The notes: generated from the sequence alone by a model not told the origin. DNA of 64,000 bases from Octopus sinensis (GCF_006345805.1 NC_043006.1:60016001-60080000); one strand, 5' to 3'; shown: positions 1 through 12,253, numbered from the stretch's first letter. Translations and numbers: made by a program.

Positions 1-103
1 TTAAAACGATTTATCGAATTACATTAGAGTTTACAGTTGGAAAAAGTTAATCTCTTTTGTATTTCAGTTTCCTACAAAATATTTCTCTTATTGAATGTTT
101 CAG

Positions 104-268
104 CTTTTAGACGCAGTGAAAGGCTACAAAATTCAGTTTGATGTCACTGAACCAGTCAATTTTAATGGAGGAAAAGGAAAACGAACATCGTTAATAGACG
201 CTCTGAATCTACTGTCTGCAGCTCTTAAGAAAAAAGAACTCAAAGTTCAACTAGGCTCTCAATATGTG
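104..268 (+). CDS. Gene 1, third-to-last coding exon (LLDAVKGYKIQFDVTEPVNFNGGKGKRTSLIDALNLLSAALKKKELKVQLGSQYV)
   Basis: tttcag acceptor at 101-103, open 55-codon frame, GTG|gtaaga donor at 269; phase 0 joins in frame to 3715. Confidence 0.8.
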
Positions 269-1059
269 GTAAGAACTCATTCAGTATATTGTTGTATATA
301 ACTTTTTTTTTGCAATGGCTTACTGCTGGAAAGAAGGGGTAGTAACTATGACATTTATCATTGGACATCATCTGAGAGTGATAACTAAAAGGGAAGAAGA
401 AACCACAATACATGGTTTGAAGAAAGTAGACAGCATCGAATCTGGATATCAAGTTAGCCTAAGACCCTGGTTCTTTCTAGAATACTTGGAACTGAGCCGA
501 TGCAGATAAGAACGCACTCTAAAACCAGGCAACCAGAATTGAGTCCATCAACGAAAGTGTCTATAATGCAGTTCTATTGTTTGTGTCACCCAATAGTTTT
601 TTATCTGCTAGAATGATGTATGTGACTGATGTTAGTTTAAAACGTAGTGGGCAAATAGAATGAGGGTAATTTGCCAGTCTATTTTAAACAGAGGTAGAAA
701 ATTTTATTCGTTGTGACTCTGCGACTAGAAATATGATCGCCATCAGGTACAGTTATTGCTTTCTTTCTCTCTTTTTCCCTAATTTCTTTTCTTTCTACTT
801 CCTTTTTTTTCTCTCTCGCACATACATTTTATTAATCATCTATGAACAAACAGCTTCATCATCTCGAAGTAACATAAAAACATAATATCTGTATTCTAGT
901 CTCTAAGGTCGCTACCTATTACTCAGTTGGTCAAGGTAAAACACCGAGGTTAATGCCATCCGTCATACTAATGAATCAAACGTTAAATGAAACAATTCAG
1001 AATCTCTCAGTGTTTCACCAGTTTATGAAATGCTGTTAATAGGTTAACTTCTGTATATT

Positions 1060-1410
1060 TACATATATCGTCGTCGTATTGTATCATACGCCTGCAGTGC
1101 ATTGAAGTCACTACAACGAAAGTTTACCCCATTAAGCGCGAGTTCTCCGGCGGTCTTGCCATTCTTGTAGAACCAGCTCTTGATATTCTCTATCCATTGC
1201 ATTCTTTGATTACCTCTTACTCTACTGCTCTTTACTCTCCCTTCCATGATAATGTTTTCCAAACCGTTGCTTCTTCGAATATGGACATAATAAACGAGCT
1301 TTTGAGTTTTTCACAATATTTAGTAGTTGTTAACCCAGCCATTTGTCTGATGGTCCTTATAGGAAACTCGTAACATTTTCCTATACACCCGAATTTCAAA
1401 CGTATTGATT
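1060..1410 (-). mobile_element. RTE/BovB-like LINE, decayed 3' end of RT ORF
   Basis: INTFEIRVYRKMLRVSYKDHQTN..*..LENIIMEGRVKSSRVRGNQRMQWIENIKSW with in-frame stops. Confidence 0.8.
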
Positions 1411-1435
1411 GTGTTCTTTTCAAAATTGTTCAAAG

Positions 1436-1501
<66 letters not shown>

Positions 1502-1709
1502 AGTAGACAAATGAATTATCTTATTACGGATAATTCGAAAGATAACCGATACCTGGGTAGTAAACTCACAACAGAAAAAGCACGGTTGAAGTTACGACCA
1601 TAGGGCATAAAATCCGTGCCTTAGTGCGGAAATTTGAAGTTTAATTTAATATATTAAGTATAGGAAAGAATGGAGGTGAACGAAGATTTAACAAAGTTCC
1701 TTTATTTTA

Positions 1710-1793
1710 TTTTCGATATATGTTTCGAAGTCTGCAAAATCCCTAATTCCGAATGAATAAGGAGTCCATTATGCAGCTTTCTCTTCAGGAAAA
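1710..1793 (-). ncRNA. Type I hammerhead ribozyme motif, degenerate (cleavage triplet ATC)
   Basis: minus strand TTTTC-CTGAAGA-GAAAGCTGCA..TGCAGACTTC-GAAAC-ATAT-ATC-GAAAA; stem I TTTTC/GAAAA. Confidence 0.6.
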
Positions 1794-3162
1794 ACCAGGA
1801 ACTTAAATCTCCAACAAGATGCACAAGTTTTTCGATGACTGCTCACTAGGAGCCCATAGAGATAATGATAAATAGTGTCTATTTATAGGGGGTGACGCCA
1901 GATTGGTTGAAAGTAGGAGAAAATGTCAGTTAAAATAGGGTTCAATCAGGGTTGGTGAAGGAAGGTAAAGGAAAACTAAAGTGAGGGAATGTATTCTGTA
2001 TGACTGGTGTTTATATTTGAATTATTTTATGAATGAGTGCTCGTATGTATGAGTGTATAAATTTGCCTTAATGTGTGTGTATGTGTGTCTGTGACTGAGT
2101 GAATGTGTGTGTAGAAGGCAGAGAAAAAGAATTAGCGGTCAAGAGGTGAAAAGACTGTGTCTGTGTGTTCGAATGTGTCAACTTAAGAGGGAGAGGGTAG
2201 AAAGAGCCACAATAATAATGACAAGAGAGAAGGTCACTGCTGGAATTGATAGTGTTCTTAGCAATTATGAGAAAGTCTTATAAACTAAAAGGATGAGAAA
2301 TCACAAATTAATTTAATAGGAAGTCCAGGGGTTATCTATATTAGACTTCATTGGTATGAGTGAAAGGTATGCTTTTTCCAGTGAAGGCATCTGAAAGATC
2401 GTTCGACAATCGAGTTTATTACTTGGCCTCGGGCAAACAGAATATGAAAGAGTTCGGAATTACAGAGGGCACAGATTTTTCTGCCCTTATCAAACGGTAA
2501 GGACACCGATAATATTGACCATTCCAGCTTAAAAGTTGAATTTGCGTACTTCAAACGCCAGACTAATTTGCTTAGCCCCGTGGCGTGCTGTTTACTGTTA
2601 TCACGAAACGTGGAAAAATGATTTGATATCCTTGTGGCTAATTTCGAGGAGGTTGCCCCATATAGAGGTAGACATCGGATCCAGTAGAAATTTTGCACTG
2701 GTAAGTGATGTTTCTAATTTTGGAGTTATTTGATAGGAACCTTAATCTATTGGGATTAGTTTGTGATACTAATACAGCGTTCTTATTTCTATGATGGTTG
2801 TAAAAATTACTGCTGGACTCGATACTATTCAACCTATTTTCATTACTATTTAAGGCAATATTACCTGCACATTCCCTGTTTATGGGAATGCTGTGATTGT
2901 TATTGTCCGTAAAGCTACTGTTGTTAAAAACGCTGCTACTATTATTGCTGAGACCCCCTCCGTTAATGACCAGGCCAGTGGTCTTATCCTTATTACTATT
3001 AACAACGCCAATGCTGGTAAGAAGGCGGCTAGTATCTGTGCTATTTCTGTTATTATTATTATTACTATATGTTATGTTGGAATTTGACAGGGCGGTGTCT
3101 CTGCTCATGGGTGACGAGACCTTATTTAGCAGCTTATTGTTATGAGAGGCAATTATCTGTGA

Positions 3163-3413
3163 GAGATTTTTAGTATTTGAGAAAGCAATCCTTACTTTAT
3201 GCGAATTTATAGTGGAGTAATATCTCGAATTTCTGGGAAAGTTCCTGGCAATGGCTTGGCGAAACTGTAAAGGGATCTAAACTGCAAATCGGATCTAACC
3301 TCCCTTTACAGTTTCGCCAAGCCATTGCCAGGAACTTTCCCAGAAATTCGAGATATTACTCGACTATAAATTCGCATAAAGTAAGGATTGCTTTCTCAAA
3401 TACTAAAAATCTC
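3163..3413. repeat. 113-bp inverted repeat with 25-nt spacer (fold-back at the Penelope 5' truncation)
   Basis: 3163-3275 is the reverse complement of 3301-3413 with one mismatch seen. Confidence 0.95.
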
Positions 3414-3714
3414 ATTCCTCCCCCCAAATTTCAGACCTTTTGCATATAGTACAAATAATTATTAATTTGGCGTAGAGCTGGCCGAATCGTTAGCGCGCAG
3501 ACGAAATACTCAGCTGCATTTCTTCCGAGTTCAAATTCCGCTGAGGACAACTTTGTCTTTCATCGTTTCGGTGCCGATAAAAGAAGATTTAGTTGGGTCA
3601 CTGTAATTGATTAAAGTCTATCCTCTAAAAGTGGTGACCATGAGCCAAAATTTGAAACAATTGCTGTTATTAACAATGTATGACATTTAATCGCCAATAC
3701 ATTTTCTATTACAG

Positions 3715-3787
3715 GGTCAGCTAACTACTGTACCGATACAAGGCCACCTTAACATAACTGTTTACACACCATTAACTTATGGCAAAG
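3715..3787 (+). CDS. Gene 1, penultimate coding exon (GQLTTVPIQGHLNITVYTPLTYGK)
   Basis: ttttctattacag acceptor, AAAG|gtacgt donor; 73 nt, phase 0 in and phase 1 out, matching both neighbouring exons. Confidence 0.8.
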
Positions 3788-4281
3788 GTACGTACCATTC
3801 TTGTTATTTTCTGTGTATTTTACGAGTTTATTTTAAATTATGATTCCAAATATATTTCAGTACCTGCAGGATCACTATAAAGTACTGCTCACGCATCAAG
3901 GGTAGTGCTGCTGACATATGCAATCATATTCTGGAAGGGATCCTGAGAAAGATCTCTCGACTAATTTGAACTGAATTATTTATAGACACACTCAAACCTC
4001 TGGTTCTCATCTTTACTGTTTCGTCTCACAATCATTTTTATCTCCTAATATGGTTTCTGCCCGCAGAGCTGGCTTGCTCTTTTATCTCGAGCATGTAAGG
4101 CTCCCAACAATCGTCATTCTTGTTGAAGCAAATTAACACCAAATATATTGTGCGTGTGTTTTTATTGGCTAAACTGGCAACATGACCATCCCCAAATAGA
4201 ATATATGTTTCAACACATGTGAAATCTCACATCGAGAATCTTGCCAAACGAATACATAAACATACACACACACACACACGC

Positions 4282-4352
<71 letters not shown>

Positions 4353-4363
4353 GAGAGTGGTGG

Positions 4364-4598
4364 TGTGTTGGAGCTGGCAGAAACGTTAGCACGCCGGGCG
4401 AAATGCTTAGCCGTATTTCGTCTCCCATTACGTTCTGAGTTCAAATTCCGCCGAGGTCTACTTTGCCTTTCATCCTTCCGGGCTCGATAAATTAAGTACC
4501 AGTTACGCACTGGGGTCGATGTAATCGACTTAATCCCTTTGTCTGTCCTTGTTTGTCCCCCCTATGTTTAGCCCCTTGTGGGCAATAAAGAAATAGGT
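4364..4598 (+). mobile_element. tRNA-derived SINE family A (Deu/Nin-like central domain)
   Basis: GAGCTGGCAGAAACGTTAGC..GAGTTCAAATTCCGCCGAGG..GCCTTTCATCCTT..GTCGATAAATTAAGTACCAG..AAAGAAATAGGT; many copies in window (e.g. 3467, 7157, 54778, 56893). Confidence 0.85.
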
Positions 4599-4737
4599 GT
4601 GTTGATGATCTGAACGACATTCTATATAAACTTACCAGCCCCCTACCACTGCATATTAATTTATTAAACCCTCTCCTTTTCCTTGCTTCCATTCGGAGTT
4701 TTATCAACTTTACATATGAATGTGTATGTGTGTGTGT

Positions 4738-4780
<43 letters not shown>

Positions 4781-4929
4781 TGATGGACAGCATAAACAAC
4801 TGTCGTCAACTTCACAATCCCCCTCCTGAAAGCTATGTATTCTTCACCCACCTTTCCTTTCCTCAGCGTTCTAAAAGTTGCATGTGTGTGTATTGCTGTG
4901 TGTGTGTGTGTGTATGTGTGAGTGTGTGT

Positions 4930-4962
<33 letters not shown>

Positions 4963-5319
4963 ATGCGTATACGTATACATGTGTCTGTATTTACGTACAT
5001 ATAAGTATGCAGCGTCCAAAACAGATGACCCGATGACCCGGATGTTGTTGCTCTTCCATTACTTTCGCAAATAGCAGTAACTTTCTTCAGCTGAATGCAC
5101 GTCATTGATTGGCTAAAATTACCCAAATACGACAAGTTTAGCACGAAATAACTTCTAAAATACAAAATTTTGTCAAGAACGTTAAGAGTAAACCCTGTTC
5201 TACGTGACACATTCAACCAGTATCCTAAGTTTTAAACTGTTTAGCTAAAAGAAAAAAAAATAATGAAAAAATCTGTGACTATAATTCATAGTTTAAAGAA
5301 AACAGAATATTACTTTTTA

Positions 5320-5354
<35 letters not shown>

Positions 5355-5369
5355 GTATGTGTGTGTGTA

Positions 5370-5400
<31 letters not shown>

Positions 5401-5744
5401 ATGCATGTATGTATGGTAAAAAAGACAGAAAGGGGACAGTTTCAAAATTAAAAACGAAATTAAGAAAAAATGTTTATTCTTGTTCAACAATCAATTCAGT
5501 TTATATGTTAAAAAATTAATTATATTATTCATTATTAAAAAATTTAATAATTGCTGTTGGCGTGATTCTTTTATGCATGTTTTTTTTTGTTTTAGAAATC
5601 ACTTTCATTATGCATTCAAGAAGCATCTTCAATGAACATCCAACTGCTTTTACTAATTCTTTCTTAGATTTCTGCATAAACTTCATCCTATTTTATTTGA
5701 AACTTAAAATTCAGCATTAATGCCCTCTCTCCACTTTATCCGCC

Positions 5745-6815
5745 TCTCTCTGTATCTTTCTCTCTCTCCTTCTGTGACTCCCTCTCTCCTGTGTCTCCCT
5801 CTCTCCTTCTGTGTCTCCCTCTCTTCTTCTGTCTCCCTCTCCCCTTCTATGTCTTCCTCTCTCCTTCTGTGTCTCCCTCTCTCCTTCTGTGTCTCCCTCT
5901 CTCCTTCTGTGTCTCACTCTCTCCTTCTGTGTCTCCCACTCTCCTTCTGTGTCTCACTCTCTCCTTCTGTGTCTCCCTCTCTCCTTCTGTGTTTCCCTCT
6001 CTCCTTATGTGTTTCCCTCTTTCCTTCTGTGTCTCCCTCTCTCCTTCTGTGTCTCACTCTCTCCTTCTGTGTCTCCTCTCTCCTTCTGTCTCTCCCTCTC
6101 TCCTTCTGTGTCTCCCTCTCTATTTTTGTGTCTCACTCTCTCCTTCTGTATCTCCCTCTCCCCTTCTGTGTCTTCCTCTCTCCTTCTGTGTCTCCCTCTC
6201 TCCTTCTGTGTCTCCCTCTCTTCTGTGTCTCACTCTCGCCTTCTGTGTCTCCCTCTCTCCTTCTGTGTCCCCTCTCTCTTTCTGTATCTCCCTCTCTCCT
6301 TCTGTATCCCCCTCTCTCCTTATGTGTCTCCCTCTCTTCTTCTGTATCTCCCTCTCCCCTTCTGTGTCTCCCTCTCTCCTTCTGTGTCTCCCTCTCTCCT
6401 TCTGTGTCCCCTCTCTCCTTCTGTGTCTCCCTCTGTCCTTCTGTGTCTCCCTCTCTTCTTTTGTGTCTCCCTCTCTCTTTCTGTATCTCCCTCTCTCCTT
6501 CTGTATCCCCCTCTCTCCTTCTGTGTCTCCCTCTCTCCTTCTGTGTCTCACTCTCTCCTTCTGTATCTCCCTCTCTACTTTTGTGTCTCACTCTCTCCTT
6601 CTGTGTCCCATCTCTCCTTCTGTGTCTCCCTCTCTCCTTCTGTGTGTCTCTCTCCTTCTGTGTCTCCTCTCTCCTTCTGTGTCTCCCTCTCTCCTTCTGT
6701 CTCTCTCTCTCCTTCTGTGTCTCCCTCTCTCCTTCTGTGTCTCCCTCTCTCCTTCTGTGTCTCCCTCTCTCCTTCTGTGTCTCCCTCTCTCCTTCTGTGT
6801 CTCCCTCTCTCCTTT
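5745..6815. repeat. 20-bp minisatellite (CTGTGTCTCCCTCTCTCCTT)n
   Basis: about 50 slightly variable tandem units; source of the spurious 365-415 aa ORFs. Confidence 0.95.
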
Positions 6816-7954
6816 AGACACACATACTTATGCATACACAAACTTCAATTCACACCATTCACGTGTAGAAACACGTACATCCGAATATTTATTAGAAACA
6901 TTGTATGGATGGCGGAACAAACAGAGCAAACGGTTCGATAAGTTAAGTAGCGGTCAATTCCTGAGGTCAATTAATCGATATATTTTCTGCACTCTCCAAT
7001 TTTTAGCTTTCTACCAACGTTTAAAATCATTAAAATGATTAAGCTTCTTTACTGATTCATGTGAGATGATTTATTATTAATACGACTAGAATACACCGGG
7101 TTATTAACCTCATCTTTACAGTTAAGAATTTTCCTTCTAATATTTACACTATATTAAGGCAGCGAACTGGAAGAACCATTAGCGCACCGGGTAAAATGCT
7201 TAGCGGCAATACGTCCATCTTTACATTCAGAGTTCAATTTCCGCCGAGGTCGACTTTGCCTTTCGTCCTTTCGGGGTCGATAAAATACGTACCAGTTGAA
7301 AACTGGGGTCAATGTAATAGACGTAACCCCTCCACCAAACTTGCCGGCTTTGTGCCAAAACCCGAAAGCAATATTTACATCTATATATAAAAGAAGGCGG
7401 ACGCCCAAGTTGTTTGAATATCATTCTGATGATCATGAGGTCGTTGGTTCGATTCCTGTTTCAGGTGGAGTGTTGAGTCCCTGGGCAAAGTATATCACCT
7501 TGCTTCAGTCTACTCATCAGGAAATTGTAGCTGCCGACGATTGGTGCAACCCTCCTCCTTCCAGCTATCACGTTATCCCCTATCCTCAAGTCTGAGAGGG
7601 TCTTTGAGTGTCTACGTCTGATCTTGAACACGTAGCAATCTAAAACAATTAGCAGAAACCATAGTAAAAATGTTAGGGCCATACTTGATTGCGACAGACG
7701 GCTAAGACGTTAACATGTAAGCGTGGTAAAATGTTGGGGAATTGTTAGGGAGTCGAACAAAACGCTTTGCCGTGTTTGTTCCGGTTCTTTACATTCTGAG
7801 TTCCAGTTCTACCGAGGCTAGCTTTTCCCGGTCAATCAGATTCACTTGCAAAGCATTGGTGGGATCCGAGGCTTTAGAAACAGTGCAACTAAATCCAAAA
7901 CCACGCAGCGCAAAGCGAGCGTCTTAACCACGCGGCCATATCTGTGCTTCTATA

Positions 7955-8017
<63 letters not shown>

Positions 8018-8076
8018 GTCTGTATGTCTGTCTGTCTGTCTGTCTGTCTCTCTGTCTATCTATCCGTCTGTCTATC

Positions 8077-8132
<56 letters not shown>

Positions 8133-8295
8133 CAACTAAACTCTCTTATATTTATATATATTATATATATATATATATATAATCAACTAAACTCTCTTAT
8201 ATTTATATATATATAAAGAAATTACATAGGTGTACTATGTTTGATTCAGAAGTGCTAAAATGAATGCGCTGCGAAGAACACATCCGATCGAAAAT

Positions 8296-8337
8296 CCACC
8301 TGAAGATTGTCGGAGCAGACATGAAACATTGTAGTGG
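8296..8337 (+). ncRNA. Minimal type I hammerhead ribozyme motif
   Basis: CCAC-CTGAAGA-T-TGTC-GGAGCA-GACA-T-GAAAC-ATT-GTA-GTGG; stem I CCAC/GTGG, stem II TGTC/GACA, GUA triplet. Confidence 0.75.
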
Positions 8338-8458
8338 CGGTTTATTTAATTTATATTAAAATTTTATGTATTGATTAAGTCTTTCCTTGTTTGGTTTTAA
8401 AATAGTGGTTTTGTCTCGATTATATTATATTATATATATATATATATATATAATATAT

Positions 8459-8490
<32 letters not shown>

Positions 8491-8510
8491 GATATATATA
8501 TTATATATAT

Positions 8511-8564
<54 letters not shown>

Positions 8565-8566
<2 letters not shown>

Positions 8567-8978
8567 CGCAGGAGTGCTGTGTGGTAAGTAGCTTGGTTTA
8601 CCAACCACATGGTTCCGAGTTCAGTCCCACTGCGTGGCACCTTGGGCAAGTGTTTTCTACTATAACCTCGGGCCGACCAAAGCCTTGTGAGTGGATTTGG
8701 TAGACGGAAACTGAAAGAAGCCCGTCGTATATATGTATATATACATATGCGTGTGTGTGTTTGTGTGTCCGTGTTTGTCCCCCTAGCATTGCTTGACAAC
8801 CGATGCTGGTGTGTTTACGTCCCCGTTACTTAGCGGTTCGGCAAAAGAGACCGATAGAATAAGTACTGGGCTTACAAAAGAATAAGTCCCGGGATCGAGT
8901 TGCTCGATTAAAGGCAGTGCTCCAGCATGGCCGCAGTCAAATGACTGAAACAAGTAAAAGAGTAAAAGAGAGAGTAAA
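8565..8978 (+). mobile_element. tRNA-derived SINE family B (CORE-like GGCACCTTGGGCAAGTG segment)
   Basis: GGCGCAGGAGTG(G)CTGTGTGGTAAG..GTTCAGTCCCACTGCGTGGCACCTTGGGCAAG..tail (GTAAAAGA)n. Confidence 0.85.
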
Positions 8979-9107
8979 GATATATATATATATATATATA
9001 TGCATGTATGTATATATGTATGTATGTGTGTATGTGTGTGTGTGTGTGCGTTCCACTTGTCTACTTTTACTCATTAACCTATTAATTTTTAACTTTTTTA
9101 ATTTCAG

Positions 9108-9193
9108 GTTCCATGGCTGCTTTAGGCATATGCATGACAATTATCGGTTTCTTAATGGTGTTCCTGGCTGTGAAGTTAATGAATAGAGGTTAA
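9108..9193 (+). CDS. Gene 1, last coding exon: transmembrane helix and short tail (GSMAALGICMTIIGFLMVFLAVKLMNRG*)
   Basis: ttttaatttcag acceptor, phase 1 restores Gly codon, ~21-residue hydrophobic stretch, TAA at 9191-9193. Confidence 0.85.
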
Positions 9194-9214
9194 AAAGAAA
9201 AAAAAAATATTAAT

Positions 9215-9220
9215 AATAAA
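9215..9220 (+). terminator. Candidate polyadenylation signal of gene 1
   Basis: AATAAA 22 nt after the stop codon; further AATAAA motifs near 9253 and 9390. Confidence 0.4.
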
Positions 9221-9627
9221 ATGAACTTCCACAGTTACTGGAAATATTTTTCAATAAAAACTGTGCTTCATGTAAATAGTGCAATAATTAATGGGGAAGT
9301 GAAGATGAGTTTAAAACATGAATACCGACAAGAAATTTCAGATCCGTCAAGGCGTTTAAACTAAAATATCGAAATAATGTTTTAACTAAATAAATAAAAC
9401 ACTTTATATAATATCAGTTTGAATTCTGTTCCGTTTTATTCCAACATGCTGGGATTAAGGGGCGCGATTGAAAAACCTTCCAAATTTTACAGCTGACGAA
9501 CGTTTCAACACTGAACCAAGCCATGTTGGTAACTGAAAAAATCCCAAGAAAAACAGTGAAGCAAAACCTATATGAAGACATTGTTACCACTTGCCTAAAT
9601 TCGCTAGCACGAAATTCATCGAAACAT

Positions 9628-10165
9628 AAGGCGGCGGGCTGGCAGAACCGTTAGCACGCCGGGCGAAATGAGTAGCCGTATTTCATCTGCCGTTACGTTC
9701 TGAGTTCAAACTCCGCCGAGGTCGACTTTACCTTTCATCTTTTCGGGGTCGATTAATTAAGTACCAGTTGTGAACTGGGATCGATGTAATCGACTTAATC
9801 CGAATGTCTCTCCTTGTTTGTCCCCTCTGTGTGTAGCCCCTTGTGGGCAGTAAAGAAATAGATAAATTAAATACCAGTTACGCACTGGGGTCGATGTAGT
9901 CGACTTGATTCGTTTGTCTGTCCTTGTTTGTCCTTCGGTGTTTAGCCCCTTGTGGGTAGTAAAGAAATAGGTATTTTGCTTGTCTTTATGTTCTGAGTTC
10001 AAATTCTGCCGAGGTCGACTTTGCCTTTCATCCTTTCGGGGTCGAAAAATTAAGTACCACTTACGCACTGGGGTCGATGTAATCGACTTAATCCGTTTGT
10101 CTGTCCTTGTTTGTCCCCTGTATATATTTAGCCCCTTGTGGGTAATAAAGAAATAGGTATTTCAT
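9628..10165 (+). mobile_element. SINE family A, composite with tandemly repeated body segments
   Basis: head at 9628 followed by three body/tail segments. Confidence 0.85.
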
Positions 10166-10887
10166 CCGTCTGTAGCATATTCCCTATGTCGAACAGGTAC
10201 TTATTTTATTGTACCCGAAAAGGCAGAGTCGACCTTGGCTGAATCTGAACTCAGAATGTAATGACGGACGAAATTCCGCTTTGCAATTTGCCTGGTGTGG
10301 TAACGATTCTGCCGGCTCGCCACCCTAGTGTTGATGAATATTGAGTGCCACTTCATGATTCTTCATAGAATGGGAATGCTGCTGCCCTAGATTTGCAACA
10401 CGGGAAGGAAACTTTCGCAGGTTTTTCATTGCGATCTACATAATGAAATATACATCTAAACGTGCATTTATTTTAGCTCATACACTCATTCTTTTATGCA
10501 TTCAGTCATACTCACTCTTAGAGGCACACTCGAACACAGGCACGCATGCAACTTTCACAGACACACTCATAAACTTATATACGCACGCATACACACATTA
10601 TACTTATAAACAAATTCACGAATAAATTTAGACATGCACTCATACGAGATGTACTGAAAAGTTTGTGGCTTTAAGGGTGTCGCGAAAGGCTTGGTTGGAG
10701 GCCCGACCTTCCGAGTTCTTTTACGGAGCTTAGAAAAAAAATGAAGGACCAAAGTAATAAGTGAGTGAATCTGAGAGGGGAATATGTTGAATAAAATCAT
10801 AATTAACTGACCCTCTTTTACCGAAAGCCACCTATGTACACTCACACATTCAACAGTCATACATGAGCTGTATTTAGGCATTCTTAT

Positions 10888-10918
<31 letters not shown>

Positions 10919-11100
10919 AGGAGAGAGAGAAAGAGAAAGAAAGAGGGAAGGATGGAGAGAGGGAAAAAGAGAAAGAGAGCGGGAAGGAGGGAGAGAGAAA
11001 AAGAGAAAGAAAGAGGTAAAGAGAGAGAAGAGGAAAGAGAGAAAGAAAGAGGTAGGGAAGGAGAGAGAGAAGGAGAGAGAAAGAAAGAGTGAAGTGTGAG

Positions 11101-11132
<32 letters not shown>

Positions 11133-11467
11133 AGACAGAGAGAGAGAAAGCAACATAGTCTTCTCTTCATTTAAAATTTAAAAATTGTGTTTACGAAAAA
11201 CTTCAGGGGCGTGTTCATTGCCCTAAATGAAGCTTGTTATTTTCAAACCAAAGACTTCATCTTTTTGTAGGCAGTGGATTGGTAAATTTATTAGATACAA
11301 GCAAAATGTCTGAGGTGTTTAGTTCCAGCCCTTTATGTTCTGAATGTAGAACTCACCTTTGTCCACTTCGCATTTCATAAAAGTAACTTGGATAAGAATG
11401 CAATTTTAATTTAATATAATTTATAATATAATATAATATAATATAATATAATATAGTATAATATAAC

Positions 11468-11494
<27 letters not shown>

Positions 11495-11498
<4 letters not shown>

Positions 11499-12166
11499 TC
11501 ATCATCATCATCATTCAACATGGGCTGGGCGGTTTGACTGAGGTTCCAATCTGGTTTGGTAATGTTTCAACATGGATGCCCTTCCTTACGCCAACCACTC
11601 TGAGAGTGTAGTGGGTGCTTTTTACGTGCCACCGGCACAGGAGCCACTCAGGTGGGCCTGGCATCGATCACATTCGGATAGTGCTTTTTACGTGCCACTG
11701 GCACGTGGGTCAGTCAGGCGGTACTGGTATCGATCACGTTCGGATAGTGCCTTTTACGTGCCAAGGCATGGGCGCTAGTCAAGGAGTATTGGTATCGGTC
11801 ACGTTTGGATGGTGCTTTTTGCGTGCCACCGGCACGGGAGCTAGTCAAGGGAGCTAGACACTGGCTCGACCACGTTCGGATGATGCATTTTACATGCCAC
11901 CGAACCGGGAGCCACAGCTACGATTTTGACTTTACCTGACTCAACAGGTCTTCTCATACATATCATATCGCCCGACGCATCAGGTGTTCTCTTAAGTGGA
12001 CCGGATATGCAACACTGGTATCGGCCATGGCTGCGATCTTACTTTAGTTGTCGGGTCTTCTCAATCACGGCATATCTCCAAAGGTCTCGGTCTCCCGTCA
12101 TTGTATCTATGAGGCCCATTGTTTGAAGGTCATGCTTCACCACCTCATCCCATGTCTTCCTGGGTT
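11495..12166 (-). mobile_element. RTE-clade LINE 3' end with 3' UTR containing ~70-bp subrepeats
   Basis: [31 protein letters not shown]; GCTTTTACGTGCCA subrepeats; terminal (TGA)n. Confidence 0.75.
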
Positions 12167-12173
12167 CATACAT

Positions 12174-12209
<36 letters not shown>

Positions 12210-12210
12210 G

Positions 12211-12253
<43 letters not shown>

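Larger units (their letters stand above)
1500..3413 (-). mobile_element. Penelope-like retroelement copy 1: RT thumb remnant, linker, GIY-YIG endonuclease, 3' region with hammerhead motif, 5' fold-back
   Basis: FRQAIARNFPRN..HKVRIAFSNTKNLSQIIASHNNKLL, then NITYQCKIS..LYMG / ATSSKLATRISNH..LSKLVWRLK..LEWSIL..CALCNSE..RCLH (frameshift near 2650); element boundaries approximate. Confidence 0.85.

Noticed and set aside
315-509. 64-aa ORF after the gene 1 exon
   Set aside because: Lies after a strong donor at 269 and lacks fitting splice phases; possibly decayed LINE sequence but unassignable.
5717-7038. 365-415 aa ORFs (S/L/P/C-rich; R/E-rich on the minus strand)
   Set aside because: Open in all frames because the 20-bp minisatellite lacks stop codons; no splice or protein-family support.
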